Assembly (NCBI GenBank): GCA_041178545.1 | Contig: JBEGVB010000024.1 | Span: forward strand, 3,355 to 67,354 | DNA: 64,000 bases | Direction of reading: 5' to 3' | DNA from: Planctomycetota bacterium | GTDB taxonomy: Bacteria > Planctomycetota > UBA1135 > UBA2386 | Shown here: one piece after another, positions 1 through 9,533 of the stretch | Numbering within the stretch: position 1 is the stretch's first letter | Layout: every line of letters starts with the position of its first letter | Program-made: the position numbers and the translations under genes | The notes under the pieces: model-generated | Databases searched by the model: none | What the model was told of the DNA's origin: nothing | Seen by the model: the letters and a program-made list of their open reading frames with translations, nothing else

Positions 1-415
1 CCTCGGGCACGACCGACTTCCGGCTCCGCTCGCTGGCGATCCACTGGACCAGCATGCGCCCGGTGAACAGCAACTGGCCGAGGAAGCCCAGCGCCACCCA
101 GACGAAGCCCACGGGCGAACTCACGTTGAGGACGGACTCGAGGATCCCGCGCGACGACTGCTCGCGGTGCAGGCGCTCGCTGAAGGCCAAGGGGTCCAGC
201 TGGGCGACGGCCCCGTCGTGCGCAGTGACCTGGTAGCGCAGCTGTCCGTCCTCGCCCCGGTGCAACCACACGCGGTCCTCGGCACCGACGAGTTGGACCT
301 TGAGGTCGATGGCACCCTCGGGCCCTTGCACGGGTCGAAGCAGCGCAAAGGCAACCCACGCGAGCACGCCCAGCAACAGCAGGGCCTCGAGCGCAGGGAG
401 CCAGCGGCGGTTCAT
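1..415 (-). CDS. Lipid-A-disaccharide synthase N-terminal (LAB_N) domain membrane protein, 3' end runs off the window
   Basis: Manual translation from ATG at 415 gives ...VGFVWVALGFLGQLLFTGRMLVQWIASERSRKSVVPE, the LAB_N signature (GQxxFxxRxxVQWxxSE...SVVP). Not in the ORF track because it is truncated. Confidence 0.8.
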   Translation of the reverse strand, partial: MNRRWLPALEALLLLGVLAWVAFALLRPVQGPEGAIDLKVQLVGAEDRVWLHRGEDGQLRYQVTAHDGAVAQLDPLAFSERLHREQSSRGILESVLNVSSPVGFVWVALGFLGQLLFTGRMLVQWIASERSRKSVVPE

Positions 416-467
416 GGCCGAAGGAGTAGCCGCCCCGCGGGTGCGAGGGAAGCGCGGACGCCACGCG

Positions 468-1442
468 TCAGGAGGAGACGGCGCGGTGCCTGCGCAACCA
501 GTCGAGGAGGGCCTGCATGTCGGACGGCAGCGGCGCCTCGAACGCAATCGGCTCGTGGGAGTGCGGGTGCGGGACCTCCAGCCGGTACGCGTGCAGGCAC
601 TGGCGGCCAGGGTCGGGCGCGCCCTCGGGCAGGGACTCGTGCTGGTTGCGCCGCGACCGGTAGACGTGGTCGCCGACCAGGGAGTGGCCCACGGAGGTCA
701 TGTGCACACGGATCTGGTGCGTGCGACCGGTGCGGGGCAGGCAGCGGAAGTAGGTGAACCCACGGAACCGCTCGAGGACCTCGTAGAAGGTGCTCGACTC
801 GCGACCGCCTTCCTGCACCACGATCATGCGGTCGGGGGCGCGGGGGTCGCTGGCGATGGGCCGGTCGATCCAGTCGGAGTCGAACCGCGACTCACCGTAG
901 GCAATGCAGTGGTACTCCTTGCGGGCCGTGCGCTCCTTGAACTGGGCGCGGAGCCAGTGGAACGCTTCGTCGTTCCGCGCGAGGAGCATGACCCCCGAGG
1001 TGTCGCGGTCCAGACGGTGGACGATGCCGGGGCGGTCCGCACCGCCGTGGGCTGGGAGGGCGCCGTAGCGGGCCCGCCCGAAGCTGGCGACGGTGTGGCC
1101 GACGAAGCCCTTCCCCTCGGGCGGGTGGCTGGCGAGGCCCGCGGGCTTGTTGATGGCCACCAGCCACGGGTCCTCGTGGAGCACCGGTACGTCGGGAGGG
1201 GGCTCGCCGCCGCCCGAGAGGGGGTCCCAGGGCTCCTCCTCGGGGACCGCGAAGGCCACCTGCTGGCCGGCGACAAGTTGGAGGCCGGGCTTGGGCTTGG
1301 CCCCTTCGAGGGTCACGTGGCCCTGCTCCACCAGCCCGCGCGCCATGCTGCGGCTCGAGACCTCCGGCTGCCGCGCCAGGAACAGGTCCAGTCGGATCCC
1401 GTCCTCGTCCTGGCTCACGGTGCGTTCGAACCGCTGGGTCAT
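468..1442 (-). CDS. rluD: RluA/RluD family 23S rRNA pseudouridine synthase with N-terminal S4-like domain
   Basis: RLDLFLA S4 start; INKPAGLASHP; GIVHRLDRDTSG catalytic Asp motif; TGRTHQIRVH; QCLHA. Confidence 0.85.
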   Translation of the reverse strand: MTQRFERTVSQDEDGIRLDLFLARQPEVSSRSMARGLVEQGHVTLEGAKPKPGLQLVAGQQVAFAVPEEEPWDPLSGGGEPPPDVPVLHEDPWLVAINKPAGLASHPPEGKGFVGHTVASFGRARYGALPAHGGADRPGIVHRLDRDTSGVMLLARNDEAFHWLRAQFKERTARKEYHCIAYGESRFDSDWIDRPIASDPRAPDRMIVVQEGGRESSTFYEVLERFRGFTYFRCLPRTGRTHQIRVHMTSVGHSLVGDHVYRSRRNQHESLPEGAPDPGRQCLHAYRLEVPHPHSHEPIAFEAPLPSDMQALLDWLRRHRAVSS

Positions 1443-1612
1443 GGGAGTGTTTTGGCATGCTTTCCACCGGTTGCCAACGGTCTGGTCATGGAAACTGCCG
1501 CAGCCCCAACTCTCGATGCCGGAAGGATCTGGAGCGTGGAAAGCTTGTGGAAAAAGGGGGCGACGGTCGGTCTAGTGGAAACGTCTTTCGGTCCGGAGCC
1601 AAGGCAACCTCC

Positions 1613-2653
1613 ATGCGGTTCTCCGATACGCTCGAACGTCCTGCCCCGCGCGAGTCCCGCGCCCCCAACCGAGTCTTGATCGTCGACGACGACCCGGGGG
1701 TGCTCGCCACACTGACCAGCATGATGCAGGGAGCGGGCTACGACGTGACCCCCACCGGCAACCTGCGCGAGGCGCTGCAGTCCCTGGGGAACGACCGGTT
1801 CCATCTGGTGCTGACGGACCTCTACCTCGGCGAGCAGGACCTCGGGTACCGGGTGGCGGAGGTTGCGCACAACCAGAACCCGCCGGTGCCGGTCGTGCTG
1901 CTGACCGCAAAGCCGAGCTTCGACAATGCAGCGGCAGCACTGCGCAGCCGCGTCAGCGAGATGGTGGTGAAGCCCGTCGACCCCCACACCCTGCTGACCA
2001 CCTGCCGCCGCACGATCCACGAGGCGCAACTCACCCACCGCAACCGCCAGTTGGAGGCGCAGAACCGCGTGCTCGCGGCGGTGCTGCCGCGCGCGATCGA
2101 GATCAAGGACCCGACGACGAGCGGCCACGCCGACCGAGTGGTCGGCTACGCAGACTCGCTCGCACGACGCTGCGGCATCGGACACGAGGACCGGGACCAC
2201 CTGCGCCTCGCCGCACTGCTGCACGACGTTGGCAAGATCGGCGTGCCCGACAGCATCCTCACCAAGCCAGGCGCACTGACGCCCGACGAGCGCGAGGTGA
2301 TCAACCGCCACCCCAAGATGGGTTTCGACATGCTGGAGCCGCTGCAGCACCACGAGAAGGTGCGGCTTTGGGTGTACCAGCACCACGAACGTTGGGACGG
2401 CAAGGGCTACCCAGAGGGGCTTGCCGGCGAGGACGTCGCTCTGCCCGGCAGGATCCTGATCCTCGCCGAGGTGTATGACGCGCTGGCGGAGACGCGCAGC
2501 TACAAGCCTGCCTGGGAGATCCCCAAGATCGTGGCCCTGTTCCGCGACCAGGCCGGCAGGCACTTCGACCCCGAGTTGGCGAAGATGGTGGCGGACGGGC
2601 TCGAACGTCAGGGCGCGCGGTTCTTCGCAGCCGACCCAGGCTCGCTGTTCTGA
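1613..2653 (+). CDS. Response regulator with HD-GYP phosphodiesterase domain (RpfG-like)
   Basis: REC domain (VLIVDDD, VLTDL, KP) followed by LHDVGKIG and HHERWDGKGYP motifs. ATG at 1613 chosen. Confidence 0.9.
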   Translation: MRFSDTLERPAPRESRAPNRVLIVDDDPGVLATLTSMMQGAGYDVTPTGNLREALQSLGNDRFHLVLTDLYLGEQDLGYRVAEVAHNQNPPVPVVLLTAKPSFDNAAAALRSRVSEMVVKPVDPHTLLTTCRRTIHEAQLTHRNRQLEAQNRVLAAVLPRAIEIKDPTTSGHADRVVGYADSLARRCGIGHEDRDHLRLAALLHDVGKIGVPDSILTKPGALTPDEREVINRHPKMGFDMLEPLQHHEKVRLWVYQHHERWDGKGYPEGLAGEDVALPGRILILAEVYDALAETRSYKPAWEIPKIVALFRDQAGRHFDPELAKMVADGLERQGARFFAADPGSLF

Positions 2654-2945
2654 CCTTGACTCCAGCCCCGTTCCGCGACGAAGCGCACGGCCGGTAGCGC
2701 CCCTGCCAACGGCACCAGGCACGCGGTGCGCCAAGCCCGCAACGTGGCTTCGCGCGAGTCGCTGAGGATCGCGCCCACCCGTCGCGCTTGGTCCGGATCC
2801 TCGGGCTACCCTTGCGGGGGTTGGCAGCAGGGACCCCTCGGGCATGATCTCGCAAAGCCCGGATTCGCTCGATACGCTCCTCGCCCCTCTCGCCCCGCGG
2901 CAGGGCCCGCCCGCCCGCCGCACCCCTGGAACCCACCGACATCCG

Positions 2946-4907
2946 ATGCACCTGCGCCTCTACCGCGCCGCATTCCCGCTGCTTCCTGCCGTCCTCGGCC
3001 TGGTCGGCCAGAACGCCATGGCCCAGGACCCCGCCCAGCCCGCCGCGCCAACCCAACTGGGAGTGCCGGAGGGCGTGCCGGACTTCCTGAAGCCGGTGCC
3101 CGGGGGACAGGTGTGGCTCGGGCTCAGTGCCGAGAAGCTGCTGGAGGTTGCCTCGCAGGCAGTCAGTCCCGCCAATCCCGACCGCGCCGAGGCCAAGAAG
3201 CTGGAGCGCGCCCTGAAGTACTCCGCATCGGCACTGGGCCGGACCCGCGCAACCGTCGAGCCCTTCCTGCTCGGCAAGTGGCAGGTGACCAACAAGGAGT
3301 ACGAGAACTACATCAAGCTCACCAAGAGCCGCTTCCCGTTCCACTGGTGGCGTTTCGGCCGCAAGGACGACTACGAGGCGCGCATCGCGGACATCAACCG
3401 CGAGTTCCCGCAGGAGAAGGTGCTCGCCGCGGTCTACTACTGGGAGCGTCACTGGAAGGACCTGCCCTACGCCCTCAAGGACGAGACCGGCAAGCCCATC
3501 GACAACCTCCCTGTCGTCCAGGTGTCGTGGACCGACGCCGTCAAGTTCGCCGGCTGGCTCGGCATGCGCCTCCCCAACGAGGCCGAGTGGACCCGCGCCG
3601 CGCGCGGTGAGTCGGATGCCGCCTGGCTCTGGGGCACCAAGGCTGGGGGCGTCGACAAGTTCGACCTCAAGTCGCTGGATGCCGTCCGCATGGCCAACAT
3701 GTCGGACCAGAAGCTGAAGCCGCACAGCGACTTCCCCGCCACCAACGGCGCCTATGGCCACCACCACATGCTCGGCCAGGTGTGGGAGTACATGGCCGAG
3801 CGCGACTTCGTGCCGCTCAGCGGCTCCGCCGACTACAAGAAGGAGCTGGAGAAGCTGCAGAAGTCGAAGGGCGGCAAGGGTGTCGAGAACCCGCCCGTCT
3901 ACAAGGAAGGCGCCGTCGTCGTCAAAGGTGGTTCGTTCATGTCGGGCAACGACCCGATCCAGTTGCTCATCGACGCCCGCGTGCCGATGCAGACCAACGA
4001 GACCGTGGACACCGTGGGCTTCCGCCTCGCCAAGAGCCTGAAGCCCGGCGCCGACATGCTCTCGTCGCTGCTGAAGACGGACTACACGTCCCAGATGCTC
4101 AACCCGAGCCAGGTCCCGGACCTCGCCGCGCAGGTGGGCATCGAGCGGTACGAGATGAACAGCGAGGGCTTCCCCGCCAGGTACGAGGCCTTCTCGCTGG
4201 CCCCGCTGAACTGGGTCACCAACGGCAAGAACGCAGCGCTCGACAAGCTGGCCGACCAGAGTCGCAGCGCCCCAATCCCCGTCGCGACGCTGGCGCTCAC
4301 CATGAAGCTGGAGCAGCCCGCGCTCGAGCCCGGCATCTACACCCTCGCCTACCGCCACAAGGGCATGGGCAAGGAACTCGCCGAGGCGATCCGCACCGGC
4401 CACAAGGCCGTGCAGAACATCCTCAAGAAGAAGGAGAAGGGCGAGGAGCCGGACGAGAAGGACCTCGCCGGCGACTGGAAGGACATCATCACCCGTGCCG
4501 GCCTCACGCAGGCGGACCTGGAGCCCAAGGACGCCGTCGAGAAGCTCAAGTTCGTGCGGTTCGGCGGTGCCGAACTCGACACCGAGACCGGCCTCTACGT
4601 GTTCGTCAACAACGAGGGCAAGGTCGCCGCAACGCTGCCGGTGAAGCTGGAGAACCTGCCTGCTGCCAACGCCCTGCCGAGCCACCTCGACCTCAAGGTC
4701 ACCAAGACGGCCAAGGGTGAGGAGAAGGAGCACCTGATGGTGCGCTTCGGCACCCCCATCGAGGAGCGCAACGCGAAGCGGGTGCTGGACACCAAGCTGG
4801 ACCTGATCCTGGCAGAGAAGCCTTCAGGCAAGCCCTGGCGGATGCCGACAACTGCCCATGACATGGCCGCCCCGACGGGTGGCCAGAACAAGCAGAGCAG
4901 CCGCTGA
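2946..4907 (+). CDS. Secreted SUMF1/FGE-sulfatase-domain protein with long C-terminal extension
   Basis: Signal-peptide-like N-terminus; F.LGKWQVTNKEY, PVVQVSWTDA, RLPNEAEW, MLGQVWEY, KGGSF and GFRLA motifs. Confidence 0.75.
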   Translation: MHLRLYRAAFPLLPAVLGLVGQNAMAQDPAQPAAPTQLGVPEGVPDFLKPVPGGQVWLGLSAEKLLEVASQAVSPANPDRAEAKKLERALKYSASALGRTRATVEPFLLGKWQVTNKEYENYIKLTKSRFPFHWWRFGRKDDYEARIADINREFPQEKVLAAVYYWERHWKDLPYALKDETGKPIDNLPVVQVSWTDAVKFAGWLGMRLPNEAEWTRAARGESDAAWLWGTKAGGVDKFDLKSLDAVRMANMSDQKLKPHSDFPATNGAYGHHHMLGQVWEYMAERDFVPLSGSADYKKELEKLQKSKGGKGVENPPVYKEGAVVVKGGSFMSGNDPIQLLIDARVPMQTNETVDTVGFRLAKSLKPGADMLSSLLKTDYTSQMLNPSQVPDLAAQVGIERYEMNSEGFPARYEAFSLAPLNWVTNGKNAALDKLADQSRSAPIPVATLALTMKLEQPALEPGIYTLAYRHKGMGKELAEAIRTGHKAVQNILKKKEKGEEPDEKDLAGDWKDIITRAGLTQADLEPKDAVEKLKFVRFGGAELDTETGLYVFVNNEGKVAATLPVKLENLPAANALPSHLDLKVTKTAKGEEKEHLMVRFGTPIEERNAKRVLDTKLDLILAEKPSGKPWRMPTTAHDMAAPTGGQNKQSSR

Positions 4908-4908
4908 C

Positions 4909-5475
4909 GTGACCCATCCCATCGACCCGCAGGCCAAGGTGACGGTCAACGACCGCGCCAAGGCGTCCTTCTCCTACCAGGACTACAGCGCGAAGACGCC
5001 CATCCAGGGCGTCGAGATCGTGGAGCTGCGTCGCTTCAACGACGACGGCGGAGCGATCACCGAGCTGGGACGGCTGACGGCGGGGATGCACGGCCAGCTC
5101 GCGGGGTTCGAGTGCAAGCAGGTCAACTACTCCGAGGTCGAGCCCGGCGCGATCAAGGCGTACCACATGCACCACCGCCAGACGGACGTGTGGTACGTGC
5201 CGCCCTGCGACAAGCTGCTCCTCGTGCTGCACGACTGCCGCAAGGGTTCGCCCACGGAGGGTGCGACCATGCGGTTCGTACTGGGTGACGGCAAGGACCG
5301 TCTCGTGCGCATCCCCCCGGGCGTCGCCCACGGGACGCGCAACCTCGCCCAGGAACGCGGCCGCATCCTCTACATGGTCGACGTGCAGTTCTCGGTGAAG
5401 CCCGGCGAGTGCGACGAGGGTCGCCTGCCTTGGGACTTCCTCGGTGCCGAGGTCTGGGAGATGGTCCGCGGCTGA
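4909..5475 (+). CDS. dTDP-4-dehydrorhamnose 3,5-epimerase family (RmlC-like cupin)
   Basis: DDGGAITE, QVNYS, AYHMH, DCRKGSPT and IPPGVAHG motifs. GTG start 1 nt after the upstream stop. Confidence 0.8.
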   Translation: MTHPIDPQAKVTVNDRAKASFSYQDYSAKTPIQGVEIVELRRFNDDGGAITELGRLTAGMHGQLAGFECKQVNYSEVEPGAIKAYHMHHRQTDVWYVPPCDKLLLVLHDCRKGSPTEGATMRFVLGDGKDRLVRIPPGVAHGTRNLAQERGRILYMVDVQFSVKPGECDEGRLPWDFLGAEVWEMVRG

Positions 5476-5499
5476 GCCGCCGGTCCGTTCGACCCGCCG

Positions 5500-6327
5500 T
5501 CAGGCATCCGCCAACATCGCGTCGAGCGACCGACTCGCACGCCACTCGCCAGCCAGAGACACGTCGCGGGGTCGCGTGGCGTCCTCGCAGTCCATAGGCA
5601 CGAGGAGTTCTGCCGGCAGGCCGTGCACGGCGCAGAACCGCTGGCCGAGTTCCCAGCGCGAGAGGCGCTCGGGTCCCGGCAGGTGCTGCACCTCGGGCAC
5701 GAGCGGGTCTCCCTCCGCCAGCCGCGCTGCGATGCCCGCGATGGCCACTGCGGCATCGGCCGCGTGCAGCGGGGTGCGGTACTCGTTGGGGAACAGGTGC
5801 ACGGGTTTCCGCGCCATGAGCGCGGCCCGGATCATCCCGGTCGCGCCACGGAACGCCGGGTCGGGACCGAAGAGGAGCGGCAGCCGCACCACCTTGCCGC
5901 CCGCGGCTCGCACCCGTTCCTCGCCCTCGGCCTTGGTCATCCCGTACACCGAGAGCGGCGCAACCGGTGCCGCGGCACCGTACGGCGCAGCCCTGCCGTC
6001 GAAGACGAGGTCGGTGGAGACCATCAGGATCCTGCCGCCCATCGCCTCGGCAAGGGCGCCGGGCAGGACGGCGTTGACCTGACGTGCACGCTCGGGGTCG
6101 GCAGCGCACTCGCCCATGCGGCTCATGGCCGCGAGGTGAACGACCACGTCCGGCCCGGCAGCGACCAGCACCTCCCTCCTTGCCTCCGGCTGCGTGAGGT
6201 CGACGGCCACGTCGCCGCGACTCCTCCCGACCCCGACGACGCGGGCGCGCCGCCGCTGGAGGGCAGCGGTCACGAACGGGCCGAGGAAGCCCGTGGCGCC
6301 GGTCACGAGGGCACGGAAGGCTGGCAT
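5500..6327 (-). CDS. dTDP-4-dehydrorhamnose reductase family (RmlD-like SDR)
   Basis: VTGATGFLG Rossmann motif; VSTDLVFDG; YGMTK (YxxxK). Confidence 0.8.
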   Translation of the reverse strand: MPAFRALVTGATGFLGPFVTAALQRRRARVVGVGRSRGDVAVDLTQPEARREVLVAAGPDVVVHLAAMSRMGECAADPERARQVNAVLPGALAEAMGGRILMVSTDLVFDGRAAPYGAAAPVAPLSVYGMTKAEGEERVRAAGGKVVRLPLLFGPDPAFRGATGMIRAALMARKPVHLFPNEYRTPLHAADAAVAIAGIAARLAEGDPLVPEVQHLPGPERLSRWELGQRFCAVHGLPAELLVPMDCEDATRPRDVSLAGEWRASRSLDAMLADA

Positions 6328-6386
6328 CGCGCCCCTATGGTTGCGACAGTTCGCCGGGAACGAAAGCCCAGCGGTCCCAAACCACG

Positions 6387-7268
6387 ATGCATCGCCTCCT
6401 GATCCTCGCCAACCCGATCTCCGGGGGCGGCAAGGCACGCCTGCTCGCGCCTGCCTTGGCAACGGCGCTGCGCGCACGCGGCATCGAGTCCGAGGTGCAC
6501 CTCACCAGGTCCGCAGGGGACGCCGCAGCACGGGCTGCGAGTGCGGCCGCAGAGGGGTTCAGCGGACTGGTGGCGGTGGGCGGCGACGGGACCGTCAACG
6601 AGGTGCTGAACGGCATGGCGGACCCGTCCATGCCCCTCGCGGTCCTGCCCGTGGGCACGGCCAACGTGCTCGCACTCGAACTCGGCCTGCCCCGCGACCC
6701 GGAGGTGCTTGCGGACCTCGTCGCCTCGGGGTCCACGCGGCAACTGGCCATCGGACTCGCAGCGGGCCGCCGCTTCCTGCTCTTCTGCGGCATCGGTCTC
6801 GACGGTGCCGTGGTGCAGCGGTTGAGCCAGGTGCGGACCGGCACCCTCGGCAAGCACAAGTGGGCGGCCCCCATCCTGCACACGGTGCTGCACTGGCCCA
6901 AGTACAACCTCTCGGTCACGTTCGACGACGGCACGAGGCTCGAGGACGTGAGCACGGTGCTGGTCACCCGCGTGCGCAACTACGGCGGCATCGCGGCGAT
7001 GCCCCCCGGCATCGACCTCGGCGACGGGAAGCTCCACGTGCTGTGCTTCCGGCCGCGCTCGCGGCTCGCATGGGTGTGGCTGGGCCTCCTCGCCATCCTC
7101 CGCCTGCTGCGCCCCGGCCGCTGGCTGGACCACCGCACTGCGCGTTCGCTGACGGTCACGGGCCCTGCACCCTGCCAGGTCGATGGCGACCACGGTGGCA
7201 CGACCCCGCTCACGGTCGAACTCGCACCAGTGCTCGCAACGGTGTTCGCGCCGCAGCCGAGGGGCTGA
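6387..7268 (+). CDS. Diacylglycerol/lipid kinase family protein (DAGK catalytic domain)
   Basis: ANPISGGG, GGDGTVNEV, LPVGTANVLA and QVDGD motifs. Confidence 0.9.
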   Translation: MHRLLILANPISGGGKARLLAPALATALRARGIESEVHLTRSAGDAAARAASAAAEGFSGLVAVGGDGTVNEVLNGMADPSMPLAVLPVGTANVLALELGLPRDPEVLADLVASGSTRQLAIGLAAGRRFLLFCGIGLDGAVVQRLSQVRTGTLGKHKWAAPILHTVLHWPKYNLSVTFDDGTRLEDVSTVLVTRVRNYGGIAAMPPGIDLGDGKLHVLCFRPRSRLAWVWLGLLAILRLLRPGRWLDHRTARSLTVTGPAPCQVDGDHGGTTPLTVELAPVLATVFAPQPRG

Positions 7269-7271
7269 GCC

Positions 7272-9410
7272 TCAGGCCCCGAGTCCGCGCTGCAGGCGCT
7301 CGACCACCAGCCCCGCCACCCACGTCGACACGCGCTTGGTGCGCAGCGGCAGCTGGGTGAAGCACACGAGGGGCAGGGTCCACTGCAGCAGGGGCAACAG
7401 GTAGGCAGCCTCGCCGCCCGCGTCCCCCGCCTGACGGCGCGCCAGGCCGCGCAGCAGGGCTGCCATCGCAAGCCCCTTGTCGAGCATGGGATCGCCGCTC
7501 GGGCGGTCCGGCTCCCCCACCGCGAAGAAGTCCGCGTGGCCGTGCAGATGGCGGTGTGCGAGCAGCACGCGCAGCTCGTCCTCGTCCGACTCCATGCGCG
7601 GGTGCTGCAGGGTCAGCAACGGCTCGAGACGCGCGAAGTCGGAACAGACGTTGCGCTCGCGCGTCTCCGAGAAGTCGATCACGTAGAGGTTCTCGCGGTC
7701 GTCGACGAGCACGTTGTTCAGGTTGAGGTCGCCGTGCGTGATGGAGATGCGGCAGCGGGTGAGTTGGGCGCGCAGCCGCGGCCACTCGTGCCGGAGGAAC
7801 CACCACGGATTGGCGACGTCGCAGGCAAGCGGCCCACAGGGGATGCGCGGCGCATCGGGGTCGATCCCCAGCACGTCGACCGCAACCGACTCCATCCCGC
7901 GGAACAGCACGCGTGGGTCGTGCTCGTCGAACAGTGAGACCTCGCGCTCACGCCACTGGCCGTACCAAGGCTGCAGCACGGAGCCCGCGAGTTGCAGGTA
8001 GAGCCTGCGCAGGTCCGCGACCGGCTGCAGGGCATGCACGTCCGCGAGCGAGTGCAGCCGTGCGCCGGCACCGTTGATGCCCACGAAGTTGTAGCGCAAC
8101 CCAGCTGACTCGCCGCGGTTGGCGCGGCCCATGATCACCGTGCTGTTGTTGAGGATGAAGTTGCGGACGTACTCGTGGTACGCGCGCTCCTCCCGGTCGG
8201 TGAATGCGTGGGAACTGACCTTCAGCACCGTGGGGATGGTGGTGCGCCCCTCGTGGTCGTGGCTCGCCACGGCATATGTGGCGGCGCTGTAGCCGCCGGT
8301 GAGACGGGTCAGGCGGATCGAGCTGGAGCCGTGGTACAGGGTGCGCGCGATCACCTCGGCCTCCTCGCCGAGGTCCGCCGGGGCATCGACCCGCAGACGC
8401 GCTGCGGAACCGTCGGCCACCTGGTCCGCGCGCCAGACGAAGGCCGTGGCCGACCCCTTGCCCAGTGCCGTGCTCGCGTCCACGGCAACCAGGTCCTCTG
8501 CACCCTCGACAGCGGTGGCGAGTGCAGCCGGCGAACCGGGCAACACGGCTGTGGAACCCCACTCCAGTGCGGGTCCCGTCGCAACAACGGCCCCGCCGCC
8601 CGGCGCACACACGACAACGCGCGCCCGCCTGCGGTCCCCGACCGCAACACAACTGAAGATGCCGAGCCAACCGTCGCCAGCAGCCGCACGGCACGCGGCC
8701 AGCAAGCCATCCTCGTCCGTCAGTCCCTTGCTGCGCAGGACGAGCGTTGGCGCTCCCCGCAGTGCAACGGCCTCGTCGAGGTGCACGAAGGCTGCATGCG
8801 GCAGGGCGGCGAGCAGGTGGTCGCAGGACCCGTTGCCGAACTGCATGCCCACGAGGCTGCCCGTGGAGACGAACCGCATGGGTTGCGCAGCGGCCTGCTC
8901 GCGACTCGCTCCCGTGCCCCCGGCACCCGTCGCGAGACCGAGTTCGGCGAAGCTCGTGGGAGCAAGCGGGCCCGGCGCAAGCCGTTCCATCCGCCCAGCA
9001 CCCGGCTCACCGTGTGCAAGTTCGAAGGACGTTCCGCCGTGCTCGAAAGCAGCAGCACCGCCGGCCGAGGCTCGGTCCCCGCCCGCGGCGGCAACTGCAC
9101 TGGCGAGGTCGGCGGCCTGCGGCCAGAACGCACCCATCCCGGAGATCTCCAGCACGTCGCGCACCCCGGGGCGCAAGCCGGCAAGGGTCGTCGTCCGCCC
9201 AGCTGCGCGCTGCCGCTTCTCGTGGGCCAGCAGCACGCGCAGGCCCGCGCTGGACACGTAGTCGACACCACAGACGTCCCAGACCGTGGGCGCAGGGGCA
9301 TGGGACTCGAGCCACGAGCCGAGGACGCCAGCCGTGCTGCCGTCGATCCTGCCCCGGAGCACGAGGACAGGCACCGCGGTGCCACTGGCAAGGGCGAGTT
9401 CGAGTGCCAT
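7272..9410 (-). CDS. STAS (anti-anti-sigma) domain fused to a C-terminal aminoglycoside-phosphotransferase-like kinase domain
   Basis: N-terminus GRIDGST...DVCGVDYVSSAGLRVLL (STAS with conserved Ser). C-terminus LTGGYS, VLKV, HGDLNLNNVLVD, IDFSET. ATG at 9410; the upstream part of the tracked ORF is a shadow of the PKD gene. Confidence 0.75.
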   Translation of the reverse strand: MALELALASGTAVPVLVLRGRIDGSTAGVLGSWLESHAPAPTVWDVCGVDYVSSAGLRVLLAHEKRQRAAGRTTTLAGLRPGVRDVLEISGMGAFWPQAADLASAVAAAGGDRASAGGAAAFEHGGTSFELAHGEPGAGRMERLAPGPLAPTSFAELGLATGAGGTGASREQAAAQPMRFVSTGSLVGMQFGNGSCDHLLAALPHAAFVHLDEAVALRGAPTLVLRSKGLTDEDGLLAACRAAAGDGWLGIFSCVAVGDRRRARVVVCAPGGGAVVATGPALEWGSTAVLPGSPAALATAVEGAEDLVAVDASTALGKGSATAFVWRADQVADGSAARLRVDAPADLGEEAEVIARTLYHGSSSIRLTRLTGGYSAATYAVASHDHEGRTTIPTVLKVSSHAFTDREERAYHEYVRNFILNNSTVIMGRANRGESAGLRYNFVGINGAGARLHSLADVHALQPVADLRRLYLQLAGSVLQPWYGQWREREVSLFDEHDPRVLFRGMESVAVDVLGIDPDAPRIPCGPLACDVANPWWFLRHEWPRLRAQLTRCRISITHGDLNLNNVLVDDRENLYVIDFSETRERNVCSDFARLEPLLTLQHPRMESDEDELRVLLAHRHLHGHADFFAVGEPDRPSGDPMLDKGLAMAALLRGLARRQAGDAGGEAAYLLPLLQWTLPLVCFTQLPLRTKRVSTWVAGLVVERLQRGLGA

Positions 9411-9533
9411 GGGGGGATTCTGGGGAAGGGGCCGTGCGGCACCAGCCCCACGAGCGGTTTCCCGGTTGTCGATCGCGAGGAACCCGCGGCCCCACCGGCA
9501 CCGTCGAACACGCGGTACCATCCGCCCCTGAAC

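Noticed and set aside
4909-6327. rml (dTDP-rhamnose) operon
   Set aside because: The RmlC-like and RmlD-like genes are convergent and rmlA/rmlB are absent, so gene symbols were withheld.
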